A stretch of DNA of 64,000 nucleotides from Candidatus Babelota bacterium (GCA_013286795.1 JABDFA010000009.1:6023-70022), one strand, 5' to 3'; numbered from the stretch's first letter, positions 30,402 through 40,440 are shown. Made by a program: numbers and translations. Notes: generated by a model not told the origin, from the sequence alone.

Positions 30402-30878
30402 ATGAAAAAAAATATATTTTTTGGGTTATTCTTAATAAATTTTTGTTCAACTGTGTTTACAATGAGTTTTAAAAATTCAGAGATTCCTGAAGATCTTAAA
30501 AATTCTATTAGAGCTGCATGTGATAAAGAGTATAAAGAAAAAACAGCAGAGTGTTTGATAGCAGAAGTGTTAATTGAAGAATTTATAAAAAAGGATGCTA
30601 AAAATTTGAACATAGCAGATCAATTGGGAAAAACATTACTAATCTACTCAGTTATATATGGACCATCCAGGATAATAAGATATTTGGTAAAAAATAAAGT
30701 AGATATTAATGCTCAAGATAAGAAGGGTAATACTGCATTAATATATGCAGCTAAATTAAGAAGAAAGAGCGTTGTTGATTTATTGGTTAATGCAAAAGCA
30801 GATGTTACAAAAAAGAATAAAGCTGGCAAGACTGTTTTTAATATGATTGAGCCAGAATTCAAAGATATTGATAAATGA
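30402..30878 (+). CDS. small ankyrin-repeat protein with signal peptide
   Basis: 'GKTLLIYSVIYGPSRIIRYLVKNKVDINAQDKKGNTALIYAAKLRRKSVVDLLVNAKADV'. Confidence 0.75.
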   Translation: MKKNIFFGLFLINFCSTVFTMSFKNSEIPEDLKNSIRAACDKEYKEKTAECLIAEVLIEEFIKKDAKNLNIADQLGKTLLIYSVIYGPSRIIRYLVKNKVDINAQDKKGNTALIYAAKLRRKSVVDLLVNAKADVTKKNKAGKTVFNMIEPEFKDIDK

Positions 30879-30930
30879 GTAAAATTTTGTATGGTTAATA
30901 AATAAAACTAATAAATATTAAGGTAAACGT

Positions 30931-32022
30931 ATGCATCAAAATAAAACAGAAAAAGCAACTATAGTAGATGATATAAGTTTTTCTGGTAATATATTCATTT
31001 TCCATGCATTTGATGTAGGTGAAGATATAGATTTGGAAAGCCTAGAAAAAGCTCAGATATTAACTAGAAAATCTTTTATTTTGCCAAAATATTTCAAAAG
31101 ATATCATGTACCCCTTTCTGTTGAACTTCCAGAACCTAGTGAAGGGAATGATTGTTATAGTATAAAAATTCATAGTTTTGGGGCCATATCAATTACTTAT
31201 AAAATTCCTTTTGAAGAAAGTTTGGAGGATCTTAGAAATAAGATAAATAATTTGGATGAAAAATATCAGGAACAAAGTATAAGTGATGCGTTATCTATAT
31301 TTAATAAGATTAGACAATTTATAGTAAAGCCAAAATTTTTTCATTTAAGAACTTCTTATCCTGTAATTCAAGTTTTTCCAAAAATTGATGCAGTTGCAAT
31401 GAAGGAAAAATATGGCCAAACGGTTGCTTCACTTTTAAGATTTGAAACAGAAAACTTATCTGAATATCAAAAAGATGAAATTTTAGAATCAGCTATGGGT
31501 TATTATCGGGGTGATTTTATAGTAATTGATGCAGAAGCTGCATTTGTTGCAGATGCAGAATTTGAAGAAATATTGGATCTTTTTGAGTTTTCAAATATAC
31601 AACACTTAGAGTTGCAGTTTTTTGATAAGGTTTTAAATAACCAACTTAGTATTATTTATGAACAAAAAGTTAAATCGTTGCCTTTTGCTGCCTACTTACC
31701 ATTCATTGGTGCCAGAGATGCTTCTAATATAGATTTAGGTAGATTAAAAGTTGATATTTCAGTTATCACAGAAAGATTAGAAGATAGCATAAAATTAACT
31801 GGTGAAGTTTATTATTCAGATATTTATGGTCTTCTGGCAAACGCTCTTGATTTAGCTAAATGGAAAGAGTCTATAGATAATAAACTTGATATTATCAAGG
31901 ACATTCAAGAAGTTTATCAAAACCAAATAGACAGTATTCGGGAAGATTTACTTTCTGTGCTTATTATAATACTAATTTTTATTGAGTTAGTTGTAGGTAT
32001 ACTGAGTTATTTAAAGCATTAA
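30931..32022 (+). CDS. hypothetical protein with C-terminal TM helix (possibly DUF155/RMD1-like)
   Basis: 363-aa ORF. C-terminal 'LLSVLIIILIFIELVVGILSYL'. The family assignment is a weak recollection only. Confidence 0.4.
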   Translation: MHQNKTEKATIVDDISFSGNIFIFHAFDVGEDIDLESLEKAQILTRKSFILPKYFKRYHVPLSVELPEPSEGNDCYSIKIHSFGAISITYKIPFEESLEDLRNKINNLDEKYQEQSISDALSIFNKIRQFIVKPKFFHLRTSYPVIQVFPKIDAVAMKEKYGQTVASLLRFETENLSEYQKDEILESAMGYYRGDFIVIDAEAAFVADAEFEEILDLFEFSNIQHLELQFFDKVLNNQLSIIYEQKVKSLPFAAYLPFIGARDASNIDLGRLKVDISVITERLEDSIKLTGEVYYSDIYGLLANALDLAKWKESIDNKLDIIKDIQEVYQNQIDSIREDLLSVLIIILIFIELVVGILSYLKH

Positions 32023-32081
32023 AGCTACAACTTAAGTGTTTTAAAATAATAATTAATTATATAAAAAGAGCTTTATCCAAT

Positions 32082-32330
32082 CCGTTCGCCCTGAGCGACC
32101 TCTGAGCGAGCGTTTACGCGAGTCGATGAGGGAGTCGAATGGGTAAAAATTTTCTTAAAAATTTTATATTTTTTTGCATGAAATAATTTTTTTAAATATT
32201 CAATTATAATAATATTTAAAAACTTAATCTTTTTTTTAGAATACAGGAAACCCGTTCGACTCATTCTTCAACTCTCCTTCGACTCGCTTTGCTCGCTCAG
32301 GATCGTTCAGAATTCGCTCAGGGCGAACGG
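32082..32330. repeat. composite GC-rich inverted-repeat (MITE-like) element, copy 2 of 4
   Basis: 17-bp perfect termini 'ccgttcgccctgagcga' / 'tcgctcagggcgaacgg'. GC-rich arms flank an AT-rich spacer whose 5' part is conserved with copies 1 and 3. Lies between convergent genes. Confidence 0.9.
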
Positions 32331-32362
32331 AGAAAGGGTAACTTTTAAACTTAGACTGATAA

Positions 32363-34114
32363 TTATTGTAATGCTGCTTCCCAGGATGCAAATAATAGTT
32401 TATGTTTTTTTTGTAGCTCGCCTATTTTTTCGTAACGGGAAGAAAATTCTTCTGTGCCATAATCATAATTAGCAAGTTCGCAAGATAGCTGATCAATTTC
32501 TTTTTCAATTTTATTTATTTGATTTTCTAGCTTTTTTATTTCTTTATTTTGTTCAAAACTATTTTTTTTAACAACTTCTTGTGAGATTAGGACTTTTTGT
32601 AATAAAGGTTCCTGCTTTTCTTCAATAAATTTTTTGTGATATGAATATTCTTCGTAATTGCCAGTATATTTATAGGCCCCTGTAGGTGTTAATTCAATAA
32701 TATGAGTTGAAAGATTATTAATAAAGCTTTGGTCATGTGAAACAAATAAAATTGTGCCCTGATATTGTTTTAATGCATCTAGCATTATGTCTTTAGATAC
32801 AATATCTAGATGGTTTGTTGGTTCATCAAGTATCAACAAATTTGCTTGTTGGAGTAATACTTTTGCCATGCTCAGACGGTTTCTTTCTCCACCGCTTAAA
32901 ACCCTTGTTTTTTTATGAATTAAATCTTGAGTAAACAAGAAACATCCAAGCATTCCTCTAATTGCAAGATCAGTAATTTTTGGAGCAGCGGTTTGCATAG
33001 TTTCAAAAATTGTTTTTTCAGGATCCAGCGCAGAAACTTGATCTTGTTCAAAAAATGCAGTTGTAACATTATATCCAAAAGTTATATTACCATTTTGAAG
33101 CTGATATTTTTTCATTATAACATTTAATAATGTTGTTTTGCCTACGCCATTAGCTGCTATTAAGGCTATTTTTTCATTTCTTTCTATTAAAAATTCGATG
33201 TTACTAAATATTTTTTTTGATTCAAATTTATGTTGCACATTTTTTAATGTAAGGACAGTCTGTCCAGAAGGTTCTATTTTTGGTAACTTAAATTCGACTT
33301 TTTTTATTTGTTGAGGTAGTACTATGCGTTCTATTTTATCAAGTGCTTTTTGCATACTTTTTGCTGCAGAAGCTTTTGTTGCCGATGCTTTGAATCTATC
33401 AATTGTTGATTGTTTACGAACGATTTCTTTTTGTTGTTGTGTATATTGAGCTTCTAGGGATTTAAAGCGTTCATTTTTTTGTTTTTCATAATCGCTATAA
33501 TTTCCTTTATATGGAGATCCATTACCGTTTTCTAGCTCAAATACAGAACTGCAAATGTTATCCAGAAAATAACGTTCATGACAGACTAGTAAGAATCCAA
33601 AGGGGGCATCTTTTAGAAAATTTAAAAACCATGCTTTTGTTACAATATCTAAGTGGTTTGTTGGTTCATCAAAAAGATAAAAATCTGCTTTTTGTAAAAG
33701 TAATTTGGCAAGAACCACTCGCATACGCCAGCCTACACTTAATTCTGTAACTGGTTGCTCTATTTGTTTTAGCGTGAAGCCAAGACTCATTAACATTTTT
33801 TTAGCTTCAGCTTTAATGCTTTCAGTTTCTGATTCATCTAGGATTTCAGCAGAGCTCATAACTTCATCAATAACTGATTTTATTGAGTTTAAAATAACCT
33901 CTTGGGGCATGTATCCAATTTTTTTATTTGATGATAGTTGTACAAATCCTGAATCACACTCTTGTTGCTGGGCTATTATTTTTAATAAAGTAGACTTTCC
34001 TGACCCATTTAAGCCTACAAGACCTACTTTTTCGTCTGAGTTTATATTATAAGAAATATTATTAAATATTTTTTGTGTACCAAAAGAAAGGCACAAACTT
34101 TTTATTTGAATCAT
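32363..34114 (-). CDS. ABC-F family ATPase (two ABC cassettes, no TM domain)
   Basis: Walker A 'GLNGSGKSTLL' and 'ANGVGKTTLL'. Signatures 'LSVGWRMRV' and 'LSGGERNRL'. Walker B 'LFDEPTNHLD' and 'ILDEPTNHLD'. C-terminal coiled coil. Confidence 0.9.
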   Translation of the reverse strand: MIQIKSLCLSFGTQKIFNNISYNINSDEKVGLVGLNGSGKSTLLKIIAQQQECDSGFVQLSSNKKIGYMPQEVILNSIKSVIDEVMSSAEILDESETESIKAEAKKMLMSLGFTLKQIEQPVTELSVGWRMRVVLAKLLLQKADFYLFDEPTNHLDIVTKAWFLNFLKDAPFGFLLVCHERYFLDNICSSVFELENGNGSPYKGNYSDYEKQKNERFKSLEAQYTQQQKEIVRKQSTIDRFKASATKASAAKSMQKALDKIERIVLPQQIKKVEFKLPKIEPSGQTVLTLKNVQHKFESKKIFSNIEFLIERNEKIALIAANGVGKTTLLNVIMKKYQLQNGNITFGYNVTTAFFEQDQVSALDPEKTIFETMQTAAPKITDLAIRGMLGCFLFTQDLIHKKTRVLSGGERNRLSMAKVLLQQANLLILDEPTNHLDIVSKDIMLDALKQYQGTILFVSHDQSFINNLSTHIIELTPTGAYKYTGNYEEYSYHKKFIEEKQEPLLQKVLISQEVVKKNSFEQNKEIKKLENQINKIEKEIDQLSCELANYDYGTEEFSSRYEKIGELQKKHKLLFASWEAALQ

Positions 34115-34181
34115 ACTTTTATTATATATAATATATCTTATACGGCAACAGGCTTGAATTTATTAGGTTTTAGGAGCACTT

Positions 34182-35072
34182 GTGAATATAAAACATGTTT
34201 TAATTGTAATTGTCTTTTTACTTGTAGAATCAACAGATTGTATGATTGAGTTAGAAACCCCGGCCAACCAGCTTTTCAGGGGAGCGCAAGAAGGAAAATT
34301 GGGTTTAGTTAAAAGTGCGTTAGATGCTCGCGTGGATGTCAATGTTACAAGAAAAGACAGAGTTGAAATTGACGTTTCTTATGAAGGATTTACACCATTG
34401 ATGCACGCTGCAGAATATGGCCAAGATGAAATAGTTAAATATTTATTAAAAGCTAAAGCTCATATCAATCAACGAAATGAATATGGTGATACTGCATTAA
34501 GAATTGCAGCTGGTTCTAGAGTTATAGGAACATCTGAAGTTGTTCAAATTTTACTGAATGCAAAAGCTAATCCAAATTTAGTGGAATCCTGGACTGGGAC
34601 TACAGCACTGAGCGCTACAAGAAATATTGAAATGATTCAGCTTTTATTGCAATTCAAAGCGGACCCGAATATTAGGCATAAAGATAGCTCTACATTTTTG
34701 ATGGATTTATTTGAAGAGGATAGCTGCAAGGAAAATTTAGTTGATATATTATTAAAAGTTGGAGCAGATGTTAATTTGCAAGACTCTACGGGTATGAATG
34801 TTCTTATGAGGGCAATGTGCCGAAGTTATTGTAATAAAAAAACTATAATTAAATTTCTTAAAGCAGGTATAAATTTATTGCAAGTTGATATGTGGAAAAA
34901 CAATGTCTTAAGTTATATGAAGCGATATAAAATAACTGATCAATTTATAAAAACTTTGATTGAACGTTTGATTGTTCAACAAAAAAGACAGGTTAAAGGT
35001 GAAATTAGTAAACATTTGCTACCAGATTTGGCAAATATTGTTTTTGAATATTTAATTAATCTAGATATTTAA
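34182..35072 (+). CDS. ankyrin-repeat protein with signal-like N-terminus and C-terminal F-box-like motif
   Basis: ANK units ('GFTPLMHAAEYGQDEIVKYLLKAKAHINQRNEYGDTALRIAA'). 'LLPDLANIVFEYL' at nt 35016..35054. Confidence 0.8.
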   Translation: MNIKHVLIVIVFLLVESTDCMIELETPANQLFRGAQEGKLGLVKSALDARVDVNVTRKDRVEIDVSYEGFTPLMHAAEYGQDEIVKYLLKAKAHINQRNEYGDTALRIAAGSRVIGTSEVVQILLNAKANPNLVESWTGTTALSATRNIEMIQLLLQFKADPNIRHKDSSTFLMDLFEEDSCKENLVDILLKVGADVNLQDSTGMNVLMRAMCRSYCNKKTIIKFLKAGINLLQVDMWKNNVLSYMKRYKITDQFIKTLIERLIVQQKRQVKGEISKHLLPDLANIVFEYLINLDI

Positions 35073-36132
35073 TAAATGTACCTTGAGTTATGGTTTGTTT
35101 TACTTTATCAAATTCTTGTTTATAATTTTCATCAATTTGGGATAGTGATAATAGAGTATTATTTATTTGAACTAATGGGTCGGTTCCACTGAACTTGCCT
35201 ATTAAATGTAAATCACTATTTTCTTGGTCGCAAATAATATAACTATTTTTATGGTTTTTAACCTTTCCTACAGACTTTTTTATTTCAGGATCTTCACTTG
35301 TGTTTAGTCTGTTCCATATAATATCATCAGTAGAAAAATGGATATCATTATGATCTATTAATTTAATTTTGCATGCTTGCTTCATTGCCTGACTAGCTTG
35401 GAAGCTTACAAAATTATCCCATGTTGCACCCCAGCGTAATTCAGATAGTTTTATAGATAATAGGCCAAACTGTTTGGCTATTGTTTTATCTTTAAAAAAC
35501 CAATTTCTATTTTCAAAGTATAAATTGTTAATTATATTGAGAATATCTTCTTTGCTTATTAAATTATCTATAAATCCTCCGGCTAAATTATACTCAATTC
35601 TATCAGCGCATAGGTTTGGTAGATTTTGATCGAAGCAAAGTTGTGTTTTTTTCTTTTCTAAACAGCAACTTTTTTCTAATCCATATTTTTTTAAAATTTC
35701 TGTAATGCCACTTTTTTCTAGGTACCATTCATGAATATTATCTTGATATGAGTTTTTTCCGGTACGATAATTATTATCAAAAAAAATGTCTCCAACGTGT
35801 GAAAAAACTGTATGTGATACATCATGTAATAATCCGGCTACTTGTTCTTCTAAAGGTGCCCCAAATTTTTTAGTGATAAAATATACACCTAGTGAATGCT
35901 GATATCTTGTATATTCATATTCTTGATTTGCATAGTAGGTTACACCATATTGGCGAATGTTTTTAAGTCTTTTGAAAGCAGAGCTTTCTATTAATTCTTT
36001 GATAACAGCATCTGTTGTTGTTATTTCGCCATATAGTGTGCTAATTTTTAGACTAGGGTCCATGTTTTTTACGCTTGCGATTCCAAATAGATCAGGTATT
36101 AGAATGGAGATTAAGAATAATATTTTCTTCAT
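35056..36132 (-). CDS. HD-domain metal-dependent phosphohydrolase with signal-like N-terminus
   Basis: 'RYQHSLGVYFITKKFG...VAGLLHDVSHTVFSHVGD' (H..HD..H pattern of SAMHD1/COG1078-type HD proteins). N-terminus 'MKKILFLISILIPDLFGIASV'. Confidence 0.75.
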   Translation of the reverse strand: MKKILFLISILIPDLFGIASVKNMDPSLKISTLYGEITTTDAVIKELIESSAFKRLKNIRQYGVTYYANQEYEYTRYQHSLGVYFITKKFGAPLEEQVAGLLHDVSHTVFSHVGDIFFDNNYRTGKNSYQDNIHEWYLEKSGITEILKKYGLEKSCCLEKKKTQLCFDQNLPNLCADRIEYNLAGGFIDNLISKEDILNIINNLYFENRNWFFKDKTIAKQFGLLSIKLSELRWGATWDNFVSFQASQAMKQACKIKLIDHNDIHFSTDDIIWNRLNTSEDPEIKKSVGKVKNHKNSYIICDQENSDLHLIGKFSGTDPLVQINNTLLSLSQIDENYKQEFDKVKQTITQGTFIKYLD

Positions 36133-36148
36133 TATACTCCTTTATTTT

Positions 36149-36550
36149 TTACATGGTTTTTTCAAAATCTAGTAATTTTATTTTTCTTTCGATTCCCCAT
36201 TTATATCCACCAAGTTTACCATCTTTTCTTATAACTCTATGACATGGCACAAAATAAGCAATCTTATTTTGTGCTAGAGCGTTGGCAACAGCTCTGTGTG
36301 CCTTTGAATGTCCAATTTGGTTAGCAATATCCTGATACGTGACTGTTTTTCCTGAGGGTATTTTTAAAGCGGCTTGCCAGACTTTGATTTGAAATTCGGT
36401 TCCTACTAAATTAAAGTTTTTAAGATTGATATTTTTTGACGATTCAGTAACGTTTTTTTCATCAACAAAAATAGCTTCTTGTATAGCGTTATTATTTGTT
36501 GAAACTTTTATATTTCCTGCAGGGGTTTTATAGTAAAAAAAATTGCTCAT
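36149..36550 (-). CDS. ogt: methylated-DNA--protein-cysteine methyltransferase
   Basis: Active-site 'VPCHRVIRKDGKLGGYKWG' and HTH 'TYQDIANQIGHSKAHRAVANA'. Confidence 0.9.
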   Translation of the reverse strand: MSNFFYYKTPAGNIKVSTNNNAIQEAIFVDEKNVTESSKNINLKNFNLVGTEFQIKVWQAALKIPSGKTVTYQDIANQIGHSKAHRAVANALAQNKIAYFVPCHRVIRKDGKLGGYKWGIERKIKLLDFEKTM

Positions 36551-36563
36551 TAGTTTCCTTAAT

Positions 36564-36677
36564 GCTCGTATGGTTCGTCCTTCGATTTCGTGCTACGCAC
36601 TTCACTCAGGATGACCGGGGGAGGGAGGAAAAAAGTCCAGTCATGCTGAGCTTGTCGAAGCATCACCACGAGCGCGC
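36564..36677. repeat. GC-rich repeat pair filling the ogt-grpE spacer
   Basis: 'gctcgtatggttcgtccttcgatttcgtgctacgcacttcactcaggatgaccgggggaggg' followed by 'gtcatgctgagcttgtcgaagcatcaccacgagcgcgc'. Confidence 0.85.
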
Positions 36678-36685
36678 TTTAACGT

Positions 36686-37174
36686 TTATTTTGCTACTAT
36701 TACTTTGGCTGGTCGTAAAACTTTATCCTTTAATAAAAACCCTTTTTGTAATACAGAAACTATATCTCCAGATTTGTGTTCAGGTGATTCAATTTGTGAA
36801 ATAGCTTCATGGAATTCAGGGTTAAATCCCTTGAAATCTGTTATCTCTTTAACATTATTTTGTTCTAGAAATTTATATAAAGATTTATAGATCATTTCAA
36901 ATCCAGAAAGCCAGGCTGTTAAATCTTTATTTTGTTCTGTCTTTTTTTGTTCCAACATTGCTCTGTCAAAATTGTCTACAATGTCCAAAATATCAGATAG
37001 TAAGTCTGATTTTGCCATTTCTATCCAAGCAATTTTTTCTTTTTCTATTCTTCTTTTGTAATTATCAAAATCTGCGCTGAGCCTAATCAATGATTCCTTT
37101 GATTGTTGTAGCTCATTTTGGCAATTTTCTAAGCTTTTATTTTCTTGTTCAGGTATATTATTCTCAAAATCCAT
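36686..37174 (-). CDS. grpE: nucleotide exchange factor GrpE
   Basis: 'LIRLSADFDNYKRRIEKE' and C-terminal 'GFLLKDKVLRPAKVIV' are typical GrpE. Confidence 0.9.
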   Translation of the reverse strand: MDFENNIPEQENKSLENCQNELQQSKESLIRLSADFDNYKRRIEKEKIAWIEMAKSDLLSDILDIVDNFDRAMLEQKKTEQNKDLTAWLSGFEMIYKSLYKFLEQNNVKEITDFKGFNPEFHEAISQIESPEHKSGDIVSVLQKGFLLKDKVLRPAKVIVAK

Positions 37175-37274
37175 ATTTATTTACCCCTGGTTGACTGAAT
37201 TTGTTTTATTAACACTTTTTTAATATTATATCATGTAATGTAAACATTAGAAGATAGTAAAATTTAAATTTTAT

Positions 37275-37308
37275 CCTTCGACAGGCTCAGGATGACCGGG
37301 AGAGGGGA
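37275..37308. repeat. single GC-rich repeat arm immediately upstream of an RBS
   Basis: 'ccttcgacaggctcaggatgaccgggagagggga' matches 'cactcaggatgaccgggggaggg' at 36603..36625. RBS 'aaaaggag' and the ATG at 37324 follow. Confidence 0.8.
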
Positions 37309-37323
37309 TTAAAAGGAGATTTA

Positions 37324-38565
37324 ATGAGATTTAAAAGAGTATTTTTGATATTGTTTATTTTAACCTTTACTATTTGTTCTATTGATAATCCCCATTTTTT
37401 CAGAGGCAGTTATTTTTTTGGTGAACCCCGCATAGCAAAAGATAATTTATTTACGTCTCAGATAAGATTTTCTGGAGGCGGGACATTTGATGGTATAAAT
37501 CGAGAATGTAAAACTAATATTTTACAAATATATGGTAGGGAAAATATTTTTGAGTTGGCCAATGGCGCGCCGGAATCTGTTTTGGATAAAAATCCAGGTA
37601 GTTTTTTAGATACTTTATGGCAGAAGACTCCTGCAAATAAGAATTTTGGACAAATGGATTTTTTTGGCCATTTTCAGACTATTGAACTTGATTTTGATAT
37701 TCAACAAAATTTTAAGTATGGAATATTTACTGAGCTTTACGTTCCAATTCGAGAGTTGCAAACTCATAATATAAGTTTTAAAGATTTTTCAACAAAGGAA
37801 AATGCTGGTCCTGATATAAATTTTGCCCAATGGCAGAATTTTGTTAGATATTTTGATAGTTATCTGAATAGATACGGTCTTTGTTTGCACAGCTCTAAAG
37901 TTACAAGTTTAGCAGATATGACTACTCTTATTGGCTGGACATTAAACTATGAAGATACTAAGTATATTGATTATATAGATGCTAGCATTAAGTTGGGAGT
38001 TGTTTTTCCCTTCGGTAAAAAAAAGGTTGATAATGTGTTTGCTATATCTCCAGGCTATGGACATTGGGGGTTTCCAGTATATGTTGATCTTTCTGTTGGA
38101 CTTTATGAATGGTTGACTTTAGGCGGACATTTATCCGGCATAGTTTTTGGCTCAGATAGAGAAAACCTTTACATGAAAACTGCAAATTCTCAAAATGGAT
38201 TAATTAAAATTACAAAAGGCGCAGCAACAGTTGATTTTGGGTCAATATTAACTTTTGGATTATTTTTAAGAGGGGATCATGTTAATAGAAGATTTTCTTT
38301 TTTACTTGCATATAGATATGATCAACAATTTGCCACTAAATTGCGTCCATTTGATCTAAGTACATTTAGGTCTGCTATAGTTAATAATGATAGTACGTTA
38401 AAAGGTTGGGTGATGCATACGATAGATTTTTCTATGGAATATGATTTTGCTACTTATTTGTGTCCAAATAGGCCACGTTTAGAACTCTTTTTTGATATAC
38501 CTGTTGCTGGTAAGAGAATTTTTAAAACTACTATGATTGGTTTAGGGGTTTCATTTGATTATTAG
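37324..38565 (+). CDS. putative outer-membrane beta-barrel protein
   Basis: Signal peptide 'VFLILFILTFTICS'. Alternating beta-strand-like segments. C-terminal 'IGLGVSFDY' (aromatic terminus). Confidence 0.45.
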   Translation: MRFKRVFLILFILTFTICSIDNPHFFRGSYFFGEPRIAKDNLFTSQIRFSGGGTFDGINRECKTNILQIYGRENIFELANGAPESVLDKNPGSFLDTLWQKTPANKNFGQMDFFGHFQTIELDFDIQQNFKYGIFTELYVPIRELQTHNISFKDFSTKENAGPDINFAQWQNFVRYFDSYLNRYGLCLHSSKVTSLADMTTLIGWTLNYEDTKYIDYIDASIKLGVVFPFGKKKVDNVFAISPGYGHWGFPVYVDLSVGLYEWLTLGGHLSGIVFGSDRENLYMKTANSQNGLIKITKGAATVDFGSILTFGLFLRGDHVNRRFSFLLAYRYDQQFATKLRPFDLSTFRSAIVNNDSTLKGWVMHTIDFSMEYDFATYLCPNRPRLELFFDIPVAGKRIFKTTMIGLGVSFDY

Positions 38566-39016
38566 TGGCATAAATTTTTTCAAGTTTATTCTGGGCCTCT
38601 TGTAATAAAACCTTAATACAGATCACTTTTTCTAAATCACAATAATTTTTTGTTATATCTCTATATAAAGAATTTAAATCAGCTAAAAACTGATTTAAAT
38701 TTGTCTCTGGCAAGTTAGTAGGAGTTTTTTCTATTTCAAAAAGAAGAGTATTTAAATCTACTGATGAATTTAACATAGCCTGGCAAAATTTATCAAATTC
38801 TTCTGGGGATTGTCCATTGACTTGATAATTTCTTATAAATTGAAACTGATATGAAAATATTTTGTTTAGTTGTTCTACTGGAGATACTGGGTAAAGTTGG
38901 TCAAAAGATATAGGCTCTTTTGCCAGAGAGAAAAAGGTTATTATCATAAAATATATAACTAAAATAAATAGAATCGAAACCATTTTTCTAATAAAACTAA
39001 ACATTTTCACCTCCAC
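38531..39016 (-). CDS. hypothetical membrane-anchored protein
   Basis: 161-aa ORF with N-terminal TM 'MVSILFILVIYFMIITFFSL'. No family recognised. Confidence 0.4.
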   Translation of the reverse strand: MEVKMFSFIRKMVSILFILVIYFMIITFFSLAKEPISFDQLYPVSPVEQLNKIFSYQFQFIRNYQVNGQSPEEFDKFCQAMLNSSVDLNTLLFEIEKTPTNLPETNLNQFLADLNSLYRDITKNYCDLEKVICIKVLLQEAQNKLEKIYATNNQMKPLNQS

Positions 39017-39194
39017 TTAATCTTAATTATAAAATCGCACAAAACTATTCAAATTGTCAATATAGATATGATTTATATAAAAAAACCCTAAAGATTAGGT
39101 TTTTTTGGAGGGGATAAATAAACGTGAGGGTGATTTCTGCTAGAATTGGACATAATTTGGATTTGTTAACTATTAATAAGTATTTTTTTCTATT

Positions 39195-39408
39195 CCGTTC
39201 GCCCTGAGCGACCTCTGAGCGAGCGTTTACGCGAGTCGAATGAGGGAGTCGAATGGGTAAGAATTTTTTAAGAAGTTAATATTTTTATAAATTTCTTTTT
39301 TAAAATATTAAATTAAGAATAATAACAACCCATTCGACTCATTCTTCAACTCTCCTTCAGCTCGCTTGGCTCGCGAAGGATCGTTCAGAATTCGCTCAGG
39401 GCGAACGG
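39195..39408. repeat. composite GC-rich inverted-repeat (MITE-like) element, copy 3 of 4
   Basis: Near-identical to copy 2 in both arms and has the same 17-bp termini. Lies just downstream of ssb. Confidence 0.9.
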
Positions 39409-39457
39409 AAATAAGAAGTCTAATATTATTTTTCTTATAAGAAACCTTAGAATTTAA

Positions 39458-40027
39458 TTAAAATGGTAAGTCATCTTGAAATGGTGGTTCGTCCTTAAAC
39501 TCGATTTCTCCTGAACCTTCAAAGTCAGAATCCTTAGCTTTTTTTGCAGCGGAAGTTTTCTTAACTTTTTTTTCAGTTTCAGAAGATCTAGATTTAATTT
39601 CTTCAAGTTGATCCAATAAATCTTTTTCTAGTTGATTCTTAGGTTCAACTCTTGTATCTGACATATCTTCAGAGGAAATGTCAACTCCTGGTGCGGAGCT
39701 TGATAAGAAAACGACCTTATCAGCTACAATAATATGTTTACTACGAGTTTGGCCTTCTGCATCTTTCCAAGAATCAAATTTTAAACGACCTTCAACTAAA
39801 ACTGGTCTACCTTTTTGAAGATATTGTCTGCAGCTTTCAGCTTGAGGTCCCCAAACTTCTGCATCAATATAACATACTTCTTGTACCAAAGCTCCTGATT
39901 GTTTATTCTTGTATTGACGATTGGTAGCCAATCCTAATTTTGTAAGAGCTTGACCTGTAGTAAGTTGCTTATATTCAGGATCTCTTGTTAAATTTCCAAC
40001 GATGATAATACGATTATATCCGGCCAT
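39458..40027 (-). CDS. ssb: single-stranded DNA-binding protein
   Basis: 'MAGYNRIIIVGNLTRDPE' OB-fold start and acidic C-terminal tip 'FQDDLPF'. Confidence 0.95.
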   Translation of the reverse strand: MAGYNRIIIVGNLTRDPEYKQLTTGQALTKLGLATNRQYKNKQSGALVQEVCYIDAEVWGPQAESCRQYLQKGRPVLVEGRLKFDSWKDAEGQTRSKHIIVADKVVFLSSSAPGVDISSEDMSDTRVEPKNQLEKDLLDQLEEIKSRSSETEKKVKKTSAAKKAKDSDFEGSGEIEFKDEPPFQDDLPF

Positions 40028-40041
40028 GCAGAATCCTCAGT

Positions 40042-40440
40042 TTAGTTTTTATTATTCTTAACAACACAGAACTTCTTTTTTAAAGAAGTTAAATTTTTTT
40101 CTATAATTTTTATATTTTCTTCAAATTTATCTTTAAAAGAATTTAATTCATTTAAAGCATTTTTTAATTCCTGTCTGCTTGCATTTGCTATAAAACAGGT
40201 TTGATCATTTTCAAAACATTCTTCAACAGTATCTAATAATAATCTGCGCAATTCTGTAGATATTTCTGTTAAATTTGTATCTAATTTTAAAATATCTCCG
40301 GAAGTTCTGACTATTTTCTCTTTAGTTTTAGAAGAGGAGTCATTGTTTGGAGAATTTACTTTTTTTTGTATAGTAAACTCTGAATCATTACAAAATTGCT
40401 TAAATGTTGATAATAAAATTATTATTAAAAAAATTTTCAT
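40042..40440 (-). CDS. hypothetical secreted coiled-coil protein
   Basis: 132-aa ORF with a signal-like N-terminus. 4-nt overlap with pgsA. Confidence 0.4.
   Translation of the reverse strand: MKIFLIIILLSTFKQFCNDSEFTIQKKVNSPNNDSSSKTKEKIVRTSGDILKLDTNLTEISTELRRLLLDTVEECFENDQTCFIANASRQELKNALNELNSFKDKFEENIKIIEKNLTSLKKKFCVVKNNKN

Noticed and set aside
36496-36804. ORF 36496..36804 ('...VMLSLSKHHHERA...') and ORF 32073..32264 ('...RSEVAQGERIG').
   Set aside because: These ORFs open only because GC-rich repeats lack stop codons. They overlap ogt/grpE or lie inside the composite repeat, and no coding signals support them.
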